64,000 bases of DNA. It comes from Macrostomum lignano (lineage: Eukaryota). The notes under the pieces were generated by a model. That model searched no databases. It saw only the letters and a program-made list of their open reading frames with translations, and was not told where the DNA came from. The DNA is taken from positions 1-64,000 of the forward strand of contig NIVC01002140.1 of the NCBI GenBank assembly GCA_002269645.1, read 5' to 3'. Positions 20,296 to 29,675 of this stretch are shown here, in pieces. The first letter of the stretch is position 1; each line of letters opens with the position of its first letter. A program made the position numbers and the translations under genes.

Positions 20296-21849
20296 AGGAG
20301 GATTTTTAGACTTACAAAAAGGATTAACAAGCTTACCACCAGTCTTTACTACTGGGAGGTATACAGGTGAGTTACACCTACCATCAATGAACTTCACAGG
20401 TTAACCCGTGGCCTGAGTGAGGAAGGCAATGTCCTTGCTAGTCACTATTTGTGGCGACATCTTCAAATTGCGTGAAACCCGTCATACAGCTTCAAGTACC
20501 ACTTCAATTGAGAAATCTTTTGAAGGAACAGAGGTAACTCCTCTTCCCAACGGTAACAAGCTTGAAGACAAGGTGGCAATGCGCAGCCAAGCTCCTAAGT
20601 CGGCCGATATGGAGAAGGTTCAGAGAGCAGACGGAGATGGGCGGTAATTTAACCGCTTAAGGTGTGCTCCAGCCTCTTTCGAAAGATAGAGGGCAAACTA
20701 CCGGTGACTCGTTTGGATTTGAGATTAAATCCTGATGACACTCCAAAATCTGATTCAATTTCCATTAACGGTATTGATTGGTTAGCATATTATCATGACT
20801 TAGCATACCGAGATGCTGACAAGAAATCGCCCGAGGAAGCATTAAGATTAAAACATGAAGCCGATAGAAAAATGATTGAAGGATTGGATAATTTACAAGG
20901 ATTGTCAGTAGGCCAAAGATTAACTAGGTGGATGGTTAAAAAGATTCTGCAATCTAAAGTTAAATTTGGTTTGGGAATTAATTACAATCAACATGGAAAT
21001 AATTGTGTTGAGTGTTTATTATTAAGTGGCAGTGGGTTAAGTTCTGATAAGGCAAAGATTCTTCATAAAGAATATCGGAAACCTAAATTTTATAGAAAAA
21101 TCATGAACTTCAAAAAGAATGAAATTTGGTATGCTGATTTAATGTCGATGCCGAACGAAAGAGGATATAAATATATCTTAACCATACTAGATGGTTTTAC
21201 TCGATACGCGTGGGCTGTTCCTTTAAAATCCAAAAAAGGAGAGGAGGTTGCTGGTGCTTTTAGAAGTCTTGGAGAAAAAAGCGAACGGTTGTGTGTTGAT
21301 GAAGGAAAAGAATTTTACAATCCACATATGTATAAATTATATCATTTTGAAAAAGGACAAGAAAGGAAAAAAGACGCGAATGGGGAGTATATTAATAAAA
21401 TTTATTCTATTTATGGAGAGAGTAAAAACGCATTAATAGAAAGATTTAATCGAACTTTAGGTAAGAAATTGTGGTTTCAGTTTAGTCTTAATGGAAATCA
21501 AAAGTGGGTAAAAATATTACCAGACGTCGTGAAAGATTATAACAATTCATATCATTCAGCAATAAAGATGACTCCTCAACAAGCTTATAACAATCCTGAA
21601 AACGTTAAAGTTACTTTTGGAGAATTTGAAAAAAAGAAAACTAAAGGTTTTAAAGTTGGCGATTCTGTTTATATCTATAAATGGAAAGATAAGTTTGAAA
21701 AGGGAAGAAAAGGATATTGGAAAATAAGTGAGAAATTTACTATTAGTAAAGTTTTAAACACAAATCCTACAACCTATATAATTGCTGATAAGGATGGTGA
21801 AGAAATATTGGGTTCGTTTTATGAGAACCAGATAATATCTGCGAACTAA
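20273..21849 (+). CDS. PLA2 + rve integrase ORF of element 2; exons 20273-20401 and 20701-21849
   Basis: NFTG|PVTRLDLRL...YYHDLAY; DDE motifs intact. Confidence 0.85.
20402..20700 (+). ncRNA. Group I intron (IC1), element-2 copy, 299 nt, terminal nucleotide A
   Basis: Same core as 15285-15587. Canonical 11-nt receptor CCTAAG...TATGG; compensatory changes in P8 and P9. Confidence 0.9.
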
Positions 21850-22108
21850 GTTCGAACAGTTACTTAAGGCAACAGGGTAGTAAATTTTTTATAACAAACA
21901 AAAACAATATTATTACTATTATTGTTACTAATATAATTATTGACATTTGTTCAACAGTGATCGGACGAAGTCCGCGAACCTAAAGTTCGATCAAACTCAA
22001 ATTTTTATTAAGTTCATTAACCGGTACATTTCCGATGTAGGAGTAGTTTACCTTCATTTTTTAAATATATTTTTAACATTTATTGTTATAGAATAATAGT
22101 TCATTTTT

Positions 22109-22411
22109 TTACATATAATTCTCCGAATCACTAGTTTCATATGAGCTATTTGTTGAGTTGGAATCGTCTGAACGAACCTCCCAATCATCCGAATTTAAAT
22201 AATCTCCAAGTTGAAATATTAACTCACCCTCTTGTTCTAGATCATACATCCCATCCAACTCTAAGGGATAAAGTTTTAGTTCAGTTTTGCCATCATATTT
22301 TAAATAAACTTCATCAATTATTTCATTCAAAATATGCTGTTTTATTATCTCTGAATTTTTAGCAACAGTCTCAAAAGTATCACTAACTGAAAAGGTGTAA
22401 ACTCGGTTCAT
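22109..22411 (-). CDS. Paralogue of 16988-17302
   Basis: MNRVYTFSVSDTFETVAKN...; the ORF-track extension runs into the TIR. Confidence 0.65.
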   Translation of the reverse strand: MNRVYTFSVSDTFETVAKNSEIIKQHILNEIIDEVYLKYDGKTELKLYPLELDGMYDLEQEGELIFQLGDYLNSDDWEVRSDDSNSTNSSYETSDSENYM

Positions 22412-22428
22412 TTTTAGTAACAGAAACA

Positions 22429-22798
22429 GACCCTTCGCGCCTGCGGCGCGGCGGCGGGTTATAGAGTGTTGGGGAGAGTTGGAAGTGTTAGAAGAGTTGG
22501 GGAGTGTTAGAAGTGTTGGGTAGAGTTGGAACTGTTGGAAGTGTTGGGTACGGTACAAAATTGCCAGCAAACCAAAGCGAACGACGAGAGCGTATTCTCA
22601 TAATTCAATGGGAATTAATCGTTGTAAGTGTGAAATGGGGAGATTGACCGAAATGAAGCGAGGATGAGCGAAGCGAGTTGAGCGAAGTGAAGACGAGCGA
22701 TAATAAAGGGAAAACGAGTCATTTCACACTGATAAAGGGTTAAATCGTTTGAATTATGAGAACGGTTTGCTGGCAATTTTGTACCGTATATTACTACT
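22429..22798 (-). repeat. Right TIR of Polinton 2
   Basis: Diverged homologue of 17320-17640 with an expanded gttggaagtgtt-type short repeat (~22470-22545). Ends ACTACT. Confidence 0.88.
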
Positions 22799-22809
22799 GG
22801 AGGGGCTGT

Positions 22810-24000
22810 CTGCCTTTTAACTGGGATATCCTTTCCCAGTAAAATCAGGGCAGGTATTGCTGAGAGAAGCAATGTGCAGAAACATGAGAACTTAATTCAC
22901 AATTAACGAAGCAATGTCGAAGCGAATTCTGGCAAGCTCACCAACTGTGATGGTGATTCGATGCTGAAGAATTTTAAAGCCACAATCTTAAAACAGTTGA
23001 AAGCTCGTCCTTTCAGCGCAATACGAGCGTTAGTGCTTGCCGCTGTATAGATTCACGAAATTCATTTCTTTGTCTGTCACGAGAAGCAGGCTGACGGGCC
23101 GAGAGTGCTATATAAAAGTGGAATTCAGAAATCTTTTGAATCTTGTACGCTCTCGAAAAATGAAAAATATTAAAAACCTCTACCCACCTAAACCACAGCT
23201 ATCCAGACAGACCAGCTCTAGACCAGTCAACTTCAATGCCCAAAGGACAATAACGAGGCTGTGGTTTGAGGTTCAAGCCAGCAGTTTTTGGATGTGGCCT
23301 CATAATAGGCCTCATAATAGGGCCTTTAGAAGCCACTGTGTTTTAAACCTTTCTTTTACATAAGTAGAAGATAGCAGGACAATAAAACCTGATATAAACC
23401 TAATCCACCCCATAAACTGAAGCTCCCTTTCTCGAACATGCACTGCGTCATACTGTAGCGTTGTTTTATGCACTTATGCGCTTATTTTGCATTCTAAAAA
23501 AGGATACTTTGTAGTTTTGCATTTTTATTATCTCGTATTTTATTCTATTCTCCCATTAATTTTTGCATATACATAGGATACGCAATGCAGGTTCGATTAT
23601 GCTGCAATCGTCACTCTCACGGCGAAACTAGTGTTAACCAGTGCAGATGCAGTATAGCAGTCTAACTCCTCTTCCGTTCCTGGTTTTACATCTAGTACTG
23701 TGGCTTATCAAAGTTACCCTTTTTGCCTGGCGCACTCGCGCTCTACTTATTTATTTTTCCTTGCTAAAGACGAAGTTCATCAGGTTGAACTCGAACTGGA
23801 ACACGCCACGTCTCTTGTTGAAGATGGCCATACTTTTGGATAAGCCTTAAGTGTTTTACTTGCTTTCTCAACTGCTGCAATAACGTACGTGAACTTTGGC
23901 TGTACGTACATAACTAATAATAGCGTTTTAGCCAACCAGACCGAGAGAAGAAAAAGAAAGCTCAGGGGTGACGGCGAGACGCGAGTGAGCTTTAAATGAA
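22810..24000. repeat. Dispersed ~1.2-kb repeat (copies at ~50720-51840 and ~62040-62870)
   Basis: Shared blocks cagtaaaatcagggcaggtattgc, caatgcccaaaggacaataac and cgtacgtgaactttg(g/a)ctgtac. Confidence 0.75.
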
Positions 24001-24300
24001 TTTCATAGTGTCACGGCAAGGACAGGAGTGCCATCGTAGCAGTTTAATCACAAGGGAACAATACCATGGCTGCCATAACAGGGGTGCCATCACTGGGTGC
24101 CATCACAGGGGTTACCATTCTAGGCGTGCCGTTCCAGGGGTGCCATTACAGGAGCGCCATCCCAGATGCGCCTTTTTAGAGTCGCCTTACTCAGGGGCAC
24201 CATGCCAGGGCGCCTGCCAACGGGCACTAAAGCTGCTAAACAGAGGCGGCCAGTTTCTGCCAGTAGTAAAGGGTGGACGCTGCATCGTCATCCATAGGGG

Positions 24301-24560
24301 CTAAGGCTGGTGCAGCAGGTGCTCGACACACCTCCACGAACCAGCCAGAGCCGCTTCCATCAGGGGGGTCGCGTCGTGCTCGTTCTGCAGCCACTTACTC
24401 TCGAAAGGCAGCAGTACAAGAATCTGGAGGTTTTCAGCTCTGGCTGCCAGGTGAGCAGCCGTGTCGCCAGCCCGGTCAGTTGGAAAAGGGTCAAAGTTCT
24501 GAGCAAGTAAGTACATTACGCACTTTTCTGTTCCGGCCGATTTCTGCTGAGGAGCAGTTT
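24301..24560 (-). pseudogene. Ankyrin-repeat exon fragment (duplicate at ~52270-52520)
   Basis: DRAGDTAAHLAARAENLQIL...HDATPLMEAALAGSWRCVEHLL. Confidence 0.7.
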
Positions 24561-25438
24561 CGGCCAAGCATACGAGGACAGTCTTCTTACTTGGTTTCAA
24601 TCAGTGCATTATTTGTTTTTCACCGTTGTCACCTTTGTTGTCTGTGGCTCCGACTAGAAAATAGCTCAGCCACTCCTTGCCCAGGCACCCTACGCCTATC
24701 TTTACGAGTACAATCTCACAATTAGAAATGGCAACTCTTGATGGCTGAAATATAAAAGGCTAAAATTATTTGTGTCACTTTTGTTCCGCAGATGATAACC
24801 AGAATTCAGTGAATTTCTCACTAATTTCAAGTGTGTAGCCTTCATCGGTATAAGTATCCAACGAAAATGTTTTTACTTAAAGCTCAGTTCATTATTTTCC
24901 TTCATTTTAACAAATATTAATTTTAACGCTTATGAAATTTCGTAATTTTGGTAATTTTGATGTGGTGAGTTCACTGATCCTTGATTCACTAGACGGCCCG
25001 TATCGATCCTAAAGGCCTCGTCGCGAAGATCCGCGTGTTTAGCATCGTTTTTACAGGTGCTTTAAAAGGAATCGTTGTAAAATATGAGGTCCAACGAAGT
25101 GTTTAAAAGCTGAATTAAGATGATTAAGATGATCCTTTATCGCTGCAGAGGAACTGAGTAGCCGATACAGCGAGAAACAGCAGTGATTGGTCATCAACTA
25201 ATCTGCTAAGTAAGGCTGGTGTTCCAGAAGCTGCTGAGCTCCTGCCTTGCTTGCAGTTCGGAGAACCAGAACGACTTGAATGCCTCCGTGGAGACATCCA
25301 CCATCTGCAGGTCCAGAATCAGCTGCTGCTTGGTCTTAGAATCGAGAAAGTCGCCGGAATTCGAATATTTCATTCCAAAAAGCTGATCGAGTTCCGGAGC
25401 AGTGGTGCAGTTCACAGCCCTACGAGCGTAGACTTCTT

Positions 25439-27230
25439 TGGATTGAAGAGTAAAGGTACGAGGCTTTCCAAGATTCGTACTGCTGCTTTTCGCCGCCGAA
25501 CTTTGGGATCTCTACACGCCGAAGCATCTTCCAAAGATCTTTTGCCAACTCGGCTTCACTGCTGCTAGTCTGAGAATGGCCCGCCTCACTTACAGAGTCA
25601 TCAATACTACTGGCACTCACAACCGGCATTGCCGTAGCCGTCGTCGCCGCCATCTTCGCCGTCGTTGCAGTCGTCGCAGTCGCGGCAGTTGCGGCAGTCG
25701 CGGCAGTCGCCGCAGTCGCGGCAGTCGCCGCAGTGGCTGCAGTCGCCGCAGTCGCGGCAGTCGCCGCAGTGGCTGCAGTCGACGCAGTGGCCGCAGTCGC
25801 CGCAGTCGCGGCAGTTACGGCAGTCGTAGCAGTCGCCGCAGTCGCCGCAGTCGCCGCAGTCGCGGCAGTCGCCGCAGTCGCGGCAGTCGCCACAGTCGCC
25901 GCAGTTGCGGCAGTCGCGGCAGTCGCCGCAGTCGCCGCAGTCGCCGCAGTCGCGGCAGTCGCCGCAGTCGCGGCAGTCGCCGCAGTGGCTGCAGTCGCCG
26001 CAGTCGCGGCAGTCGCCGCAGTGGCTGCAGTCGCCGCAGTGGCCGCAGTCGCCGCAGTCGCGGCAGTTACGGCAGTCGTAGCAGTCGCCGCAGTCGCCGC
26101 AGTCGCCGCAGTCGCGGCAGTCGCCGCAGTCGCGGCAGTCGCCGCAGTCGCCGCAGTTGCGGCAGTCGCGGCAGTCGCCGCAGTCGCCGCAGTCGCCGCA
26201 GTCGCGGCAGTCGCCGCAGTGGCTGCAGTCGACGCAGTGGCCGCAGTCGCCGCAGTCGCGGCAGTTACGGCAGTCGTAGCAGTCGCCGCAGTCGCCGCAG
26301 TCGCCGCAGTCGCCGCAGTCGCGGCAGTCGCCGCAGTCGCGGCAGTCGCCGCAGTCGCCGCAGTTGCGGCAGTCGCGGCAGTCGCCGCAGTCGCCGCAGT
26401 CGCGGCAGTCGCGGCAGTCGCCGCAGTCGCCGCAGTCGCGGCAGTCGCCGCAGGCGCAGCAGTCACGGCAGTCTGATGAGCAGTGATGAATTGAGTGACA
26501 CATTTCATAGTATCTTGAAACTGCTGCTCCACTTGATCCAGCTCGTCCAGAAGTTTGTCTCGAGCTTCTTCTGTGGCTTCTTGCTGAAGGAGCTCATCAT
26601 AGAATTCGTCAAGCAGCTTCACGCACTCTTCGTGTGCTGTAGTGGCTGCATCGCACGCTTGCTGGATCGCTCCATGATCGGTGTCGCTCTGTAGCAACAG
26701 TACCAGACGGTTTCGACTCCTAGTTGCTGCAGACTTCGTTCTTGCCTTCACTCGTCGAAACTGTTCGATGCGAAGCCGCTCCTCAGTGCTGATCTCTTTT
26801 TCTTCTTCATCTTCTGAGCAGCCAGTCTGCTGCTGATTCGATTCGTGGCTGGCCATTTACCTGAACCACGCTCTGCTACCAAAAATGTTAACAAGAGATT
26901 CTTAAGAACTGAGAACTCAGCACTTGGCGGCTAGCCTCGCAATTGACAATCGTAGCAGACAACAAAATCACCAAGGGGGTAAGCGCAGTCTACTCTTGAG
27001 CTAGGTGTATTTATTCTCAATATAATATATGGCGGAGTTGACTCAGGCTTTAGCGGGGGGGGTTGTAAGTGTGCATGACTTGCAATGTACTCGTACGTTT
27101 AACCAAATCAGAATGGGGGGGTGAGAAAGTGGCGTGAGGCGCGGAGGGGGGCAGGTAAATTAGCTAGGCAAATGATGAGTAATAGTACAGAAGTACAATG
27201 AAACAAGCAAAACCTTTACTCTTCAATCCA
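25439..27230 (-). mobile_element. 1.8-kb insertion carrying an LTR end, PBS and BEL/Pao-like gag 5' fragment; 19-bp terminal inverted repeats; 5-bp TSD TTCTT
   Basis: The empty site is visible in the duplicate (53331-53345). ...GTTAACA then TTTTTGGTAGCAGAGCG (iMet-type PBS); gag motif LRRVEIPKFGGEKQQYESWK. Confidence 0.8.
25670..26455. repeat. 9-bp minisatellite (GCAGTCGCC/G)n, in frame in gag as (Ala-Thr-Ala)n
   Basis: Directly visible, with a higher-order variant pattern. Confidence 0.95.
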
Positions 27231-27399
27231 TTCTTTGTTCCTTCCAGTCTGGAAATACTGAATTTTATGTTATCCAACAAATTGTTAGTGCTTCCAGCAA
27301 CAAAGACATTAAAACGCGAACTTGGCACAGAAACGAAGCAGGCCTCCGTCAATAAAAAAAAGTGTTTCGAACTTCAATCTATATTGATCTAGATAGTTT

Positions 27400-29675
27400 T
27401 AAAACCGAATTCGGTGCTGCAGTACAATAAGTACATGGGAGGCGTTGATCGCCTTGATGCAATGCAGCACTGCAGCCTTACAGTGCGGGGAGAAGAACAT
27501 ACAGATGGCACCAGAAGCTCGGGTTCCACATTTTGCTGCAGTTGGTCCGCAATGCCTGGATCTGCAATTGCCAAGGAGGAAGCGATATCAAATTCGTTGA
27601 ATTTTTGGAAGCTGTGATCCGTACTCTCATGGAGCAGACAGGCCGGGGCAAACGTCTGAATACATCGAAGCGCAAGGCCATCTCACAGCACGCGCCATCG
27701 AAGCTGCCGCCGACAGATGCCAATGCGAGGCCGACAAAGCGATGCAGAGTCAACATGGTACGCACAGCATGCCATCCGTGACTTATGGCCCGCGCCTCCC
27801 CTGAAGAGAGAATTCGGTCGATACAATATGCCCTGAAAACTACTGATTTCCCATGAATCTATGACCCAGCAGAAGTCCAAAAAAGCAATCCTAGAAATCC
27901 TATCGCATTGTCTGCACAGTGTACAGGTATGCAATTAGTACAGTGACTTTAGTTGATATCGGTATAGAATGAAACTAATCCATTCTGCCAGAGCCTCAGA
28001 AGTTGGCCTTCATGGCTGAGAATGGCCTCAGGCCAATCGCACGGAATCGAACCAACTATGCATGCATAAATTTTCGCAAGAGGCAGCTGCTCAGCCTCTC
28101 AATTGCACTCTTGGGCTTCATCAGTTGTTTATTATTAAAGTGCAGCCGAGCTCTGGCAGCCCATCTCAATTCTGTCCAGCTCTCGGCCTGCCCAGGACAG
28201 TGTGGGACTCACATGTAGGCTGATTTTGGATTTCACACGGTTTATCTGTGCACTGCGGCTGCCTGGCTTTTTTTATTGCATTTTGCATTTGGTGACCGGC
28301 ACTTTAGCATTTCACTGCTGAGATTTGTCAACTCGACAGCTCAGCTTCTCTACTCTCTATAAGATCCCAGCTCAGATCATGCAGAATCCGCTCAATAAAC
28401 GCTTGTTTTCTCATGCTTCGAGAAAGCGCTAAACTATCAAAAAAAGTGCAGCTGGCTGGCAGCTCAGCCTCCGCCCGTCATCTCTGAGCACAGAAGCGAA
28501 GGTGCAGTGAGGGGGCAGGCAGGGTGCTCAAGCACAATGCAGAGTCTCCATTGTGCAAAGCTGGGGCTGGAACTCTTTCGGGAGCAGCCGCCACTGCAGC
28601 CTCAGACAGCTCAGCTTTGCGCTGCTCATCTCGGCAGCCTCATCGCTAATTGAATCTCTAACCTTCATCTGGAACGGCCCCACCCAGCTCAGCACTCGCA
28701 GTGCGACAGTCTGGCGTGATAAAAGGCGGCAAAGAGAAAACTGCTCGAGTTCGCAATCACCCCATACTGGCCTCTCGAACCACCCAACCCCCCGGCAACT
28801 CCTGCCTGAGATAATTAACAAGTCTAGCTAGAATGCAGCTCCATCCAGCTCACTACTCAAAACAGACCGAGCTCTGCACTGCTGGCTGCCCCGGAGTCTG
28901 CCAAACTGCAGGGAGGCTGGCAGAGCGGTGAGCTGGCCTGAGAATAGCGAGCGAGCAGAGATAATTACTCCTTGAGGTTAAGCTGGCCTCTCTAACCACC
29001 CGCTCCCTACAGCTCAAGACTGCTTTTTGTCATAAATAAGGCATTGTTGCCATGCTCGCATCTCAGAATTTGATGGCTCTCAGGCCATTCAGTGCGGCTC
29101 AAGCCTGTCTGTTGCTGCTGGCTGCAGGTGGCAGGAATGCGAAATGCAGTGAGTTGCTGCGACCGAGAGCTGGACAGAATTGAGATGGGCTGCCAGAGCT
29201 CGGCTGCACTTTAATAATAAACAACTGATGAAGCCCAAGAGTGCAATTGAGAGGCTGAGCAGCTGCCTCTTGCGAAAATTTATGCATGTATAGTTGGTTC
29301 GATTCCGTGCGATTGGCCTGAGGCCATTCTCAGCCATGAAGGCCAACTTCTGAGGCTCTGGCAGAATGGATTAGTTTCATTCTATACCGATATCAACTAA
29401 AGTCACTGTACTAATTGCATACCTGTACACTGTGCAGACAATGCGATAGGATTTCTAGGATTGCTTTTTTGGACTTCTGCTGGGTCATAGATTCATGGGA
29501 AATCAGTAGTTTTCAGGGCATATTGTATCGACCGAATTCTCTCTTCAGGGGAGGCGTGCCGGGGATGTCGAAAAGTCACATTTATGCTAAACCATCTGGG
29601 CCATAGACACGTATTCTCAGTGTATGGTTAAATGAGACCCATGGCACGCCTGGCGTGCCATCAGTGTTGGCGGGG
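27400..29675 (+). mobile_element. piggyBac-like 3' fragment (interrupted by a foldback element); uninterrupted duplicate at 53500-54003
   Basis: YNKYMGGVDRLD...RRTYSWHQKLGFHILLQLVRNAW; right end ...gttggcgggg followed by TTAA. Confidence 0.85.
27791..29558. mobile_element. Non-autonomous foldback DNA element with ~395-bp TIRs (CMC/EnSpm-like ends, apparent 2-bp CC TSD)
   Basis: 27791-28186 is inverted at 29163-29558; C(A/G)CGCC termini; absent from the duplicate at 53880-53890. Confidence 0.8.

Larger units (their letters stand above)
1..22798. mobile_element. Polinton element 2 (host of element 1): right-hand part, left part lies upstream of the window
   Basis: 1-93 and 17647-22798 are colinear paralogues (~85-90% nt by eye) of 12417-17640. 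Ends ...ttactact at 22798. Confidence 0.93.

Noticed and set aside
25576-26694. Arg/Ser-, Cys/Asp- and Val/Ala-rich ORFs in other frames (including a metallothionein-like CGDCRD reading)
   Set aside because: These are by-products of a stop-free 9-bp repeat. Only the gag frame has flanking protein homology.
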